Notes: generated by a model from the letters alone, not told the origin. Shown: positions 49,504 through 62,973, numbered from the whole stretch's first letter. The stretch is DNA of 63,190 bases, filler included, from Octopus bimaculoides (GCF_001194135.2; 5 parts of 4 records of this genome joined end to end with filler, not necessarily neighbours in it); one strand, 5' to 3'. Program-made: numbers and translations.

Positions 49504-51209
49504 GTACCATCGGTGCGTAACCTACTAGTTAAGGTTCACGTTTTATGAGTTCATTTCCTGGATTGGGCTGTATGTTGTGCCCTTAAGCAAATCTTTCCCT
49601 TTCACCTTGCTCCAGTTTACTCAGCGGGATTTAAGAGCTAGCTCAGTATTGATGCAGTTCTCCTTCACATTCTAGATATTGCATTGACCCCAGAGTGAGA
49701 AAGCTGAGAGGCTATCTATGTCTGTTGCTGCCAGTGAAATTACTGCACATGCTATCAAGCCGTTCTCATTTGCGACAGATGACTTTATGAATACTGTCAT
49801 TTTATATATATATAAGACTACATAGTCAAATCAGTCCTTTTCCTGATTTAAGCCAGGAGGTGTGATTTGAAGAACATTTGACCGCCGCCGTGACCATGTA
49901 GAAGCTAGCATATGTTCGAATCGCCTTAAATAGGGGCAAATATTATTAGAAAGAGATATCTAATAGCACAGATGAAACCATTGTCCGTCAGGACCAACTC
50001 TCTCTCAGGTTCTCTCACATTTTCTTTTTCATGCTGTAGGAGAGGTGATTAATATAAGGTGCTGTACGAAGAGTGATTTACCTCGGAAGGATATAGTGGA
50101 CACTGGATGGGAGATCTGACAGTATTTCGGTTATATATATAAATATATTTACATCATCTACTACAAGTTTTTTTCGTCTATTTCAATATTAGGTATAAAA
50201 TTATAATAAGGATTTTAAAAACAAAAATATATTAGTACAAGTCTAAATCCCTTTCTATGTTATTAATAGAAGGATTGGTGTCAAGTAAAGTCATTTCATT
50301 TTTGCCTCTTTCATCATCTTACACAGTTTTGAATTGTTAAATAAGTTTAGGATCAATTGTTAGTACTTGATAAGAAAAACTTCTGTATTATTCAATTGGT
50401 TCCTCATCATATGAAATGGATATTGAACTAACTGCCAACATAATTCGATAATCTTCGAATTGTCTCTCGCATCATACGATTAATGGTTGGACTTCCTCGA
50501 ACATTTCAGCAAAATGAACATTTTGGAAAGAAAAGAGATGGCGTCTGTCACAAACTGCCTGCTAAAGGAAATAAGACCACCGACTGCTTATTACGTGCAG
50601 TGAACGGAAATTACAGAAATTAGAGATTCCAATACCTTCCACATACATACATTTTAAAACATTAAATAAAAAGGAGATGACGAAAATGTTCGCTGATTCA
50701 GATTCACTGATAGTGTTTCTGAAAACATAAAAAAGTCAATGATAGTAAGATTGACATCATGCGTATGTGAGTATGTACGTATGTGCTTGCGTGTATGTAT
50801 ATGTATGAATGTATCTATACATATCTATTTGTATGTAATATACATATATATGTGTGTGTATATATATATATATATATATNNNNNNNNNNNNNNNNNNNNN
50901 NNNNNNNNNNNNNNNNNNNNNNNNNNNNNNNNNNNNNNNNNNNNNNNNNNNNNNNNNNNNNNNNNNNNNNNNNNNNNNNNNNNNNNNNNNNNNNNNNNNN
51001 NNNNNNNNNNNNNNNNNNNNNNNNNNNNNNNNNNNNNNNNNNNNNNNNNNNNNNNNNNNNNNNNNNNNNNNNNNNNNNNNNNNNNNNNNNNNNNNNNNNN
51101 NNNNNNNNNNNNNNNNNNNNNNNNNNNNNNNNNNNNNNNNNNNNNNNNNNNNNNNNNNNNNNNNNNNNNNNNNNNNNNNNNNNNNNNNNNNNNNNNNNNN
51201 NNNNNNNNN

Positions 51210-51241
<32 letters not shown>

Positions 51242-51319
51242 TATATGTAAATTCCTATATATGTCTCTGTGTGTGTATGTGTGTATGTATGCATGCATGT
51301 TTGCATGTACGTATGTATG

Positions 51320-51372
<53 letters not shown>

Positions 51373-52379
51373 GTATATGTACACACACGATACATACATA
51401 TATATACAGACGCATACTGCACACATGGATACATACGTAGGCATACACACACAAACACTTACGTGTGTGTGTGTGTATGGATGTGTGGGTATATATACGT
51501 GTCTGTGTGTGCATGCGCGCGTGTGCGCGCGTGCGCGTGTGTGTATGTGTGTGTGCGGGCGCGCAGGCGCTTATGTGTATGAATTAGAAAAAGTGAAGAA
51601 TCGTAGGAAGAGGCAACAGACTGAATGACTTAAGAGTAAACTATAGAGAACGAGAGAAATTTACCAACATTCATATAATTTAGTTATATTTTATATTTTA
51701 TATTCATATTTTATCTTTTACATTTCGTGATTTTTATCTCAATTTCCCATTTCGCCCCAATGGTAAAAGAAAGGGAAAAAAGCAGTAAAAGTGAAATTAC
51801 TTAACAGAAAGAATACATCAAAAATAAGTTGTATCTCTTAACAAATGTCTTGTTAAAGAATGTCTGACAGTTGCTTATCTAATCATGCCAATCGAACACA
51901 ACCTGAAGATGTCCATATTCAAGTAATGTGCACTGTTGAGCTTCACTAACATTTTTACAGCTAATATATTCAACCTCTAAAAAGTATATTGGAAGCCAAT
52001 ATTTTTCATAACGTTTGGGTTTTGCTAATTGATCCATTCATTGAATGTCCACTCGTGTATCGCAGAAACTAGTGAAGCTGGGAAAGAAAGGCCAAATTGT
52101 CTAGTAAAATGGCACTTATGCAAAATAAAATAAAATATTCCATCTTTCATATTGATTTGCAGACGTTTAACTTTCGTAGTAAGTTCAGTAACCGAGCTGG
52201 CTCTACAAATTTAGGTATCGAGTTGGCTCTACAAATTTAGGTATCGAGCTGAATAAACGGGAGGAAGAGTCCAACAGGTCAGTTGACTTGACTTACTGAA
52301 AATAATAACCAAATTTCCTCCAATTCACATTTTACAATCTTAAACACAGACACATACACGTTGGTCAGTATAGTTCTAC

Positions 52380-53400
52380 ATACAGTATGTCAGTGGTAAA
52401 AATACGAGACGGCAGTAATGACGCTTGATCCACGATTGCAGAGAAATTTTGGCTCAAGACCAGCGACTTCGAGGCAGTGGATAAGTCGTCTCCAGCCGAC
52501 ATCAACCAAAATACTATAAACCTGGACATTAAGAACTTAAAGAAATTCAAATACCTGTTACAGAGAGATGGCACGAACATAAACCTAACGCCTCCCAGCG
52601 AGATAATGCTACAGACAATACGGAAAACTATAATTTTTAAAACTCTGTCACTCAGAATAACAAAATAGAACACAAGCCAAATGAAAGTATCTAAAAAGGT
52701 CTACAGCCAATATGGTGTAAAACAACATATGTAGCAAGGGGGGAAAAATACGGTACTGTGGAAGCAAGGCTCGCTTCTGAAGTAGAAGCAAAGGAACACT
52801 CCACAGTGCCTTTGAAGACAAACAAGCTGGTGCTACTACCCACGTACATGGATCCACGTACTTCAAAAATAAAAATAGGGGAGGTCTCACCAGACATCGA
52901 CGTGGTGTGGATTGTAGCAGCCGTACTGCTGAACCTGAAGTATAGAGTCACTATCTTACTGACTACCAGGCTACACCAGCAGAACTGGTAGAAACAAGGT
53001 CTGGAGCTAATAATCCAAGCGATCCAGGTGGACTTGGAAAAAATACCAGAGCAAGTAATACTACCGGACGAGACCATATTAAGAGCCATGGTGGAGGAAA
53101 GACGTCCAAGGTGCTTTAAGTGTGGGTAAAAGGGCCACATAAAAATCACGTGCCCACAGGTTCTACAACCAGAGGTCCCCCTCCACCTAGCAACTCACCA
53201 CAGTCTGACGATCCGAAAAAAAGCAAAGAGAAGCCAACTAGCATCGCGACGAAACAACACATCGACTCACCACAAACTGTCGACCCGAAGGAAAACAGAA
53301 GGAAGTCAAGCAGCACCACAATAGAACAACCCACTAACTCACCACAGACTGACAACCCGAAAGAAAAAGAAGAAGTCGACTAACACCATCATAAAGCAGC
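52380..53400 (+). mobile_element. LINE ORF1/gag-like relic with zinc knuckle (Tx1/L1-like)
   Basis: Long broken reading frame ending RRPRCFKCG*KGHIKITCPQ (CX2CX4HX4C, 53112-53153), followed by an S/T/P/K-rich tail. Confidence 0.72.
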
Positions 53401-55539
53401 CTACATCAAAGGTGTCTACATATGTACTATATGTGATTAGCTTCTGTAGCTTCCATCTTTTGAATTACACTCATATGATATTGGCCAATCCCGACGTTAG
53501 AAAAGAAAAACATTTGCACAAGGAACTGCGCAGTGGAATCGAACCTGAAAGCACGTGTTTGCGAACCGAAATTCTTAGTCATTATGCCAAGCTTTTTCAT
53601 CCATGCTTATGCATATTTGATCACAAATTATTACACACTCGCACGCGTATATCTTGTTTTATTTTGTTTCAACCAAATATTTATGAGTGCCTTAAAGTGG
53701 AGTTACCTTTTGTATCCTTTGATAAGTGTCTCGACACGAAATAAAACGATTATAAATTGAGGAAACTAACAATGGTCTACATATAATAAAAAAAAATATT
53801 ATATATTATATAATTGAGAAAATACGATAAGTAAATTAGATGAGACGTGAGTACTGCAATTTCGCGCAGAAACAACCTTCATCAAGAAAAATTTGTATTT
53901 TATATGTAAGCTATTGTACTTTCCAGCAACTTATTCATTCGGTGTTGGGAGTGATCGACGTGGAATGCTGCGAGGTAAGAATTGTTTCAAATGTGTTTAA
54001 CAGTCCTTTATTTACATTTACATCTTCTCGAATCTAAAATAACAAAAAAGAAAAAAAATTAACCTTCAGACACATTCATTGTTTTNNNNNNNNNNNNNNN
54101 NNNNNNTTTTTTTTTATCGGAATGCTTTATTTTTATTGCGATTATTATTCCAGAGTTGCAAAACAAGAATTTCTCCGTTTATTATTATTTTTTTTTTTTT
54201 TCGTTTTGGTTCTAAATTTTGCTTCTATTTTTGTATTTCTTATTGGTTGTTTCGTTTGATTTTGTTTTCTAAAATACTATTGTAATCTTCTTTAAATCTT
54301 TTTAAAGATTGAATAAAATATTGATATTCCATCTAAAGTGGAACTGTATCAAACAATTCTCAGAATGTTCCAAACATGTGATTCACAATCGTACAAAATA
54401 AAATACATATTCACGTAAGTATAAATATTTAAGCATAGTTATATACGTAAGAGAGGTGTGTGTGTGCGCGCGCGCGTGCGTGTCTGTCTGCATAAATATA
54501 CGTACTTACGTATGCACACACACACACATATACATACATCTCGTTCTCTTCCTATATATATATATATATACTGAGAGAGAGATGTATAGATATGTATATA
54601 TATTTGTGTATATGCATACACAATTTTTTATAGATATTCAGATGCACGTTTATACTCATATATTCCTAAACATATGCAAATATGCTCACAAACAAAATAG
54701 CACATATAAAAATCCTTCTTCCTCACTCTCTCTCCCACACACACTTTCTCTCTCCCAAACACACTTTATCTCTCTCTCACTCCCCACACACACATTTTTT
54801 TCTCTCTCTCTTTGCCTCTCTCTCTCAATAGATATTGGTAAATTCATACATGTATGAATGTATGTATATGTATAAATTTTGATATATATATATTTATATG
54901 TATACATATATATAAATTTATACATATATACATTGATATAAATATACAAAGAAAATAACGTATGAATTCCTGTTTACAATATATACACATACCTGAACAC
55001 CCACAAACACACATTGATGTCGTTATTGGTTTGTTTTTATTATTATTATTATTATTATTATCATTATTATTATTATTATTATTAATATTATTATTACTAT
55101 TGTTGTTGTTGTTGTTGTTGTTGTTATTATTATTATTATTAATATTGTTATTATTATTATCATTATTATTATTATATACGTATATATGTCAGTGTGCATA
55201 TGCATATATTTAGAAATATACGATTGTGTGTGTGTGTGTGTGCGCGCACGCGTGCGTCCATGCATCATACCAACATATACACGCGTGTATGTATATGCAA
55301 TGTGCGCATGCTCAGTATATATGTCAGTCTGATTATTTATGAATCATGTTTAGTGTGATATATAAAGAAAAAAATATCATTCCGAAACATCGATATTAAA
55401 ATGCCTCCAGAGTTAAACACATAAATACGAGCATGTTTGCTTCAATTTTCTATTTTTAATTTTATTCCAGTGTATTTTTAAGTCGAGACATTAAATTCGA
55501 GATTATATTAGAAACATAAAAAGAATATTAAGCGAGGCA

Positions 55540-55646
55540 AAAAAAAGGAAGGAAGGAAGGAAGGAAGGAAGGAAGGAAGGAAGGAAGGAAGGAAAAAGAA
55601 AGAAAGAAAGAAAGAAAGAGAAGGAGGGAGGGAAGGAAGGAAGGAA

Positions 55647-55677
<31 letters not shown>

Positions 55678-56030
55678 GGAAGGGGGGAAGGAAAACGAAA
55701 GAAAGGAAGGAAGGAAGGAAGGAAGGAAGGAAGGAAAACGAAAGAAAGAAAGAAAGAAAGAAAGAAAGAGAAAGAAGGAAGGAAGAAAGAAAGAAAGAGA
55801 AAGAAGGAAGGAAGGAAGGAAGGAAGAAAGAAAGGAAGGAAGGAAGGAAGGAGAAAGAAAGAAAGAAAGGAAGAAAGAATGAAAGGAAGAGGAGGAAGGA
55901 AGGAAGGAAGGAAGAAAGAAAGAAAGAAAGAGAAGGGAGGAAGGGAGGAAGAAAGAAAGAAAGGAAGGAAGGAAGGAAGGAGAAAGAAAGAAAGAAAGAT
56001 AGAAAGAAATAATGAAAGAAAGAAAGTAAA
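55540..56030. repeat. About 0.5-kb (GAAA)n/(GGAA)n homopurine tract
   Basis: Almost pure purines on +. GA-rich tracts also at about 21960-22460 and 35690-36010. Confidence 0.95.
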
Positions 56031-56309
56031 ATGGCTATAAAGATAGAAGGTGTAAGATAGAGGGAATAAGTGAATATACGATACATAAGAAGAGAGAAAG
56101 AAAATAAGCAATGGAAGCTAGATAGAAAGAGAAATTTGGTAAATATGATAGATAGATAGATAGATCGATGTGACCGACGGACAAACGACAGGTAGATTAG
56201 AATGGAGTTTGGTGACAATGAAACTTCTATATGTGTATGTTGGTGTGTATTCTACAGAAAATATATTCCCAAATGTAGGGTGATTGTGAAGACAGCTTAG
56301 AAAAACATC

Positions 56310-56549
56310 CATAGTGCAATTTGGAGCAACAAATGAGGAATCGCTTCACCCCTCCAATATCGCTGAAAGAGCTGGAACAGGTTTTGCTTGATGGATTGTT
56401 CAAAATTCTTCAAGCATCTGCCCGAATGCTCTATGAGTCTATTCCTCGACGTATCGCAACAGTTATTGCAGCCAAAGGAGGGCCAGTTCCAAATCAAATA
56501 ATTAAACACTTATTTAGTAAGTTGTTTACATTATTTTGTCTAACCCCTG
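56310..56549 (+). mobile_element. Tc1-like transposon 3' end
   Basis: LEQQMRNRFTPPISLKELEQVL..LYESIPRRIATVIAAKGGP, then a TIR-like TTTTGTCTAACCCCTG. Confidence 0.85.
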
Positions 56550-57892
56550 TCAATAAAACCTACAAGAAAAAGAACATCGAAACAAAGGGAGAACCAAAAC
56601 AATAAAACACGTACCAAGAATAAACAAAGTAAAAACAGAAAGGAAGACTGGAAACGAAACAAGAGACAGAAAACTTGAAAGTGGCATAGAAATGTAGAAA
56701 TACCTTAGAAGTTGAAAATACGACCGTTCTCATAGAGAAAGATGTATAGTTAGACGTAAAATTATTTCAAAGAGTGTAAATGTAGGTCTCCGTAGCCATG
56801 TACGTATGTATGTATGTATGTATGTTGGTATGTACGTATACATTTACGTATGTACGCATGAATATATACATGTATATATATATGTGTATATGTATATATG
56901 CATCAATGCCTGTATGTATTTGTGTACGTACATAATTATGTGCATATATATGTATATATATATATATATATAATGTATATATACACATATATATACTTAG
57001 CATTGGCACACACACACNNNNNNNNNNNNNNNNNNNNNNNNNNNNNNNNNNNNNNNNNNNNNNNNNNNNNNNNNNNNNNNNNNNNNNNNNNNNNNNNNNN
57101 NNNNNNNNNNNNNNNNNNNNNNNNNNNNNNNNNNNNNNNNNNNNNNNNNNNNNNNNNNNNNNNNNNNNNNNNNNNNNNNNNNNNNNNNNNNNNNNNNNNN
57201 NNNNNNNNNNNNNNNNNNNNNNNNNNNNNNNNNNNNNNNNNNNNNNNNNNNNNNNNNNNATATATAATACAGACACACACACTTACATATATATGTATAT
57301 ATATATATATATATAATGTATATATACACATATATATACTTAGCATTGGCACACACACACACACATAATTATATACACATACATTCATACATACATGTGT
57401 GTGTGTGCGTGTATGATGTACATGGAGACACACGCGCACACGACTGTATATGCATGTATTACATATTTATTTTGTTTTGTTTTGGCATTTAAGAAGCAGA
57501 GGCTTGATGATCGGCTAAATGTCACATGTTATCACGAATCTGAGAAGTTTGTCGTAAGATGGAAGAAAATAGAGGCAAGACAAGCACTAAACATGTAACT
57601 AGTAAGAAAAATAATATAAAGTTGTGTGGAATACATTTATGCACAAAACACCTTGAACAATACGAACTGACGATTTGACGAGAAACATTTGGTTTATAAC
57701 TATTCAGGAAAACAAAAAAAATCTTCTCTGTCACACTTACCGCACTTCTATGTTCGTAAATGCGTACATGTTCTATGCATTCTATGTTCGTAAATGCATA
57801 GATGCATGCACACATACTTACGCACATAGATAAATATGTATACGTATATGAGTGTGTATGTATGTGTGCACGTATGTATGTATGTTTATGGA

Positions 57893-57946
<54 letters not shown>

Positions 57947-57949
<3 letters not shown>

Positions 57950-58112
57950 TGCAGGAGTGGCTGTATGGTAAGTAGCTTGCTTACCGACCACATGATTCCG
58001 GGTTCAGTCCTACTGCGTGACACCTTGGACAAGTGTCTTCTACTATAGCCTAGGGCCCACTAAAGCCTTGTGAGTGGATTTGGTAGACGGAAACTGAAAG
58101 AAGCTCGTCGTA
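57947..58112 (+). mobile_element. SINE family A head + core
   Basis: AGGTGCAGGAGTGGCTGTATGG..GGTTCAGTCC..CACCTTGGACAAGTGTCTTCTACTATAG. Confidence 0.9.
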
Positions 58113-58466
58113 TATGTGGCAATGCGATCGGTAGAAGTCCTACGCCAGCAACATATAAAGATTTAGTGGTGTTAAGTGCGATGATGTTCTCGGAGCAACT
58201 GTAAACATCGACGAGGACGAACTAACTGGTATCTTTGTAGGAGTTTCTGTGACTATCATAGTTAACTTACAGAAATCCCTGGTCTGTCAATGCTCAACTG
58301 GTACTTATTTTATCGACCCTGGAAGTTTGAAAGGCAAGGTGGACTTCGGCAGTATTTAAACTCCAAACGTAAAGGCAGACGAAGTGCTATTAAGCATTTT
58401 GTCTGGCTTGCAGACGATTCTGCATGCTCACCGCTTTACTACTACCACTACTACTACTACTACTAC

Positions 58467-58509
<43 letters not shown>

Positions 58510-58779
58510 CCTTTCTACTATAGGGACAAGGCTTGGAATTTTGGGGAAGGGGACTAGTCGATTATATTGACCCCAGAGTTTCACTGGCATTTACTTCATC
58601 GACTCCGAAAGGATGAAAGGCAAAGTCAACCTCGGCGGAATTTGAACTCAGAATGCAACAGGCGAAATACCCCTAAGCATTTCGTCCAGCGCGCTAACGA
58701 TTCTGCCAGCTCGCCTGCCGCCTTGTCTGCCAGCTCGTCTATCTGCCATGATGATGATGATGATGACGACGATGATGAT

Positions 58780-59655
58780 AAACATTGCATGGGCAATACT
58801 TCAGAGAAATAGAAAGGAAAGGCAAGACCAACAATTGGAGATGGCTAAGAAAAAAGTATCTGAAACGATGCATTGCAGCCAGGGACAAGCTCTGAGAACT
58901 AATTATAAAATGTTCCATATAGACAAGAGCAGTGAATCGCCCCTTTGTAGGATGTGTGACTTCAAAAATAAAACAATTTCACATATTGTGGGTGGCGTGC
59001 AGGAAAGTGGTCACTACAAAAGGAGGCACGATAACGAGGCTAAGTTTATTCAATGGAGACTATACGAAAAGTATGGTCTGGGCGCAGCACGGAAATGGTA
59101 CAAACATGAACCAGAGGGCGTCACTGAGGACGATGAATATAAGATCCTGTGGGATTTTACAATCCATTGTGACTCCCTAATCCATGCTCGGAGACACGAC
59201 ATTGGTGTTGTGGATAAAAGAAAAACAGAAACTAAAATCATACATTTTGCCATACCTGGGGGATGCACGCGTAGATGATAAAGAGCTGGAAAAGATGGAG
59301 GAAAAAGATGGAAACTACTGAAAGCCGAAGGCGAAATATGAGCAATGAGAAGAGTAACTGTTATCTCAGTAGTTGCAGGGGCACTCGGAGTACTAGCAAC
59401 CAGATTTGAAAAATATGTCAGAGAAATTGGAATTGATATGAGGGCTGAGCAGGCCCAAAAACCTACTCCATTGGGGACAGCTAGAAATTTGAGATTGGTG
59501 CTTGGGTGTTGAGTGCCTTCCACGGTAAGTTAACATCCAGGTACCAAAGCTTATAATTTGCGGAAAGAGACTCTGTGAGACACTTGACAACAGGTCGCTG
59601 TCCGCTCTCACAGAATCAACCAGAGCAAGCAAGACCGAGAGCTCTGAGAAGTAAA
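58780..59655 (+). mobile_element. R4/Dong-like RLE non-LTR retrotransposon, 3' part
   Basis: QALRTNY..IDK..ESPLCRMC...ISHIV..YKRRHDN..W..KWYKHEPE..ILWDF..ARRHD(I)..IIHFAIPG..GALG..GTAR; CCHC knuckle plus PD-(D/E)xK region, degenerate. Confidence 0.9.
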
Positions 59656-59735
59656 ATGATGATGATGATGATGATGATGATGGCGACCATGATGATGATA
59701 ACGATGATGATGATGATGAAAATAATAATAACAAC

Positions 59736-59782
<47 letters not shown>

Positions 59783-59867
59783 TAATTTTTATTTGCTATC
59801 GGTGTCGATGAATAATAAATAAACATCGATTCCAAGTTAGAGCCATTTCACTTGTTGCACACACATA

Positions 59868-59915
<48 letters not shown>

Positions 59916-59949
59916 CACAGAGGCAAACACTGACATGCANNNNNNNNNN

Positions 59950-59993
<44 letters not shown>

Positions 59994-60822
59994 CACAGAG
60001 GCAAACACTGACATGCAGACAGGCACACTACCGTTACAACTACAGTTACTATTGCAAAAGAGAAAAAAAAAAACCTAAGTTTCTGCAACCGTAGATACGC
60101 AACAGAAGCAATTATCACCATTCGCAAAAACGCCACCTACTATACCATATACCATACTATATACAAAGTGCCAATATCTTTAACATACCATTACAAAGCT
60201 ATCTGCTTTAAAATAATCATTCTTTGACACGTCTTTCGGACATCATTAGAATTCTGTGTTATAAAAAGTTTTTCAGCGAACGGAGGGGAGGAAAAAAAAT
60301 TACTACGGCTAACTTATAATGGCTTTTGATGTGTTTGTTGCCAACTGTCGACTATTAAAAGCTGTCGATATTTCCATCAACCAAATGGGGTGCTTAAGTT
60401 GAATAGATTCGAAATGAAGTCGCTATGTTATATTAACTGAGATTTGCAATGACATTTGTTCTCATTGAAATAGAAATATAGATATTACTGTGTGACGAAT
60501 TAATATCGAAAAAGCTTTTAGTTTGGCTGTCGACACATGAGCTCCATAAGCACTCGTACACACCACCATCACACTCTATACTCTCTCTCAGTCTCTCTCT
60601 CTCTCTCTCTCTCACTCTCTATCTCTCTCTCTCTCTCTCTTTCTCATATTCACGCAGCAGAGCCAGTCACTACGAGAAAGAAAGAAATACTCAGACGTAC
60701 ATATGGGAATAGATTAGAATTAATAATTCGTGAATGCAGTGTATAACATTATTTCCGAGGATGTATGAATACGCGTGCGCACATGTGTGTGTGTAATTGT
60801 ACGTATATATATTTATATATAT

Positions 60823-60922
60823 NNNNNNNNNNNNNNNNNNNNNNNNNNNNNNNNNNNNNNNNNNNNTTAATTAATTAANNNNNNNNNNNNNNNNNNNNNN
60901 NNNNNNNNNNNNNNNNNNNNNN
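60823..60922. other. Assembly spacer N44-TTAATTAATTAA-N44
   Basis: Same 100-bp structure, linker at 60867-60878. Confidence 0.95.
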
Positions 60923-61015
60923 GAGCAAGAGAGAGAGAGCAAGAGAGAGAGAGCAAGAGAGAGAGAGCAAGAGAGAGAGAGCAAGAGAGAGAGAGCAAGA
61001 GAGAGAGAGAGAGAG
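60923..61015. repeat. (GAGAGAGAGCAA)n-like 12-14 bp tandem repeat
   Basis: Direct reading next to the spacer. Confidence 0.85.
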
Positions 61016-61879
61016 GAGAGTCAAACAAAGAAAGATGATTATGGAAGAATATACAAATGGGGCAATATCCAGGGACGCCTGCAGCTAGAATATTTAACTG
61101 TAAACAGGACTCCAGCATGCTTCATCAATAACATTCCGCACCAAGGAAAAAAAGTAATTAATTAGAATTCCACTGGTATTGTTAGCAACAATCATAATGC
61201 AAATATTTAATCACCGCCCCATCTACCAACAAAAAAAATATATAGGGGAGATCACCCGAAATTGGAACTTAGTAAATATAGAATTTAGAGGCACATGAGT
61301 GTGAATCTTATCAGCATAGTGACGACTCTTCACATGTTATGGCTTCATTAGGCTCTAGCGAATCATAGTCTAATTTTTACTCCAAGTCCTTTGGGTAACT
61401 AGAGAAATATATACGATTTTCGTTTCTTCGAATTATTATTCTTATTGTTAAATGAATAATTCTAATTAAATATGAAATTTCCGGCTTACTCAAATGCGTT
61501 AGCATCCCCTTTGCTATTAACTTTCTAAGCAGCAGTCTTTCAAGTTATAATTGCCCCCAGAGTTTATTGATGAGAATGCCACATTTTCCTCTAGTTATTC
61601 TAAAGATGTGAGGTTTAATAAGGCCGGAACATATTCGGAGTTGTCCCTATGCTGCTGAACAGCATTGAATACTTAATGTGTTTTAATTAAAACTTTTTCG
61701 CTGTCTACTCCTAGAATTTTAAAAAATCACATCAAGTCACATTTGTAATAGATATGCATACATACACATACTCACAAGTGGGCGCACACACAGACATGTA
61801 TGTATGTATGTATGTATGTATGTATGTATGTATGTATGCATGTATGTATGTGTTTGTGGATTTATGTACGTATATATGT

Positions 61880-62245
61880 CGTGAAGGCGCATGGTTCAGT
61901 GATAAGGGTGTCGGGCTCTCAATCACGAGGTAGTGAGTTCGATTCTCGGGCTCACGATCAAGAGGTAGTGAGTTCGATTCCCAGGCTGTGTGTTGTGTTC
62001 TTGAGCAAGATACTTTATTTCACCGTGCTCCAGTTCACTCAGCTGTAGAAATGAGTTGTGACGTCACTGGTGCCAAGCTGTTTCAGCCTTTGCCTTTCCC
62101 TTGGATAACATTGTTGTCATGGAGACGGGAGGCTGGTATGACTGGGCGACTGCTGGGCTTCCACAAAAACCCTGCCCGGACTTTTGCCTCGGAGGGGAAC
62201 TTTCTAGGTGCAATCCCATGGTCATTCATGATCGAAGAGGGTCTT
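61880..62245 (+). mobile_element. tRNA-derived SINE family D; other copies 27113-27400(-) and 32105-32412(-)
   Basis: GAAGGCGCATGGTTCAGTG head, core CTTGAGCAAGATACTTTATTTCAC..CTCCAGTTCACTCAGCTG, tail ..CTTTCTAGGTGCAATCCCATGGTCATTCATGATCGAAGAGGGTCTTT. Confidence 0.88.
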
Positions 62246-62973
62246 TTCTCTTTATATGTATGTATATATTTATAAGTGTGTAAACAGATATGTTTAAACA
62301 TACACTCCCACGGAATATCAATCTGTATATGTATATATCTGTGTGTATGTGAAAATGTGGAGTTTTGTGTGTACGCGCGCGTGTGTGCGTATGCACATGT
62401 GACAACATACCAATTGATTCAAACATATACCCATAATCTGCGAACTTTCCAGATTTTTGTAAAATGCACCCGACGAACCAGTCATACTACCGAGTTGTTA
62501 CCACGCCATTATCGACGCCCACCACATATATGGAAAGGGATGAATGTCTTATGTTCAAGCTGACCTTTATAAAGTGATCAAGTGTTGTGGGTCGCCATAC
62601 GTCAAGAAATTGTCTCTTATTGCATGGGATATTAATTTAGCAATATTTTAAGAACGATGTGTATATGCAGATATGTATGTATGTGTGTGTGTGTTTATGT
62701 GAGTGTGCACGTATGTACATACACACAAACGTATGTATGTATCTATATATAAACGTGCGTGTGTGTACAATTATAAGAATCACACTGAACACACGCACAT
62801 TCATATCAATATATATGCATATGAGTGTGTATGATATATTTATCCATGCACATGCGTGTGTATATATATATATATATATATATAGGAGAATATACAAATA
62901 ATAACAACAGACGAGGACAGGTGGTGTAAATAACAAAAGGATATATTAGTATGACGCTCGGGAATACGGAAAG

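Noticed and set aside
58158-58290. Frame FSGVKCDDVLGATVNIDEDELTGIFVGVSVTIIV resembling an EGF end plus TM segment
   Set aside because: Weak splice signals, wedged between SINEs, no supporting exons.
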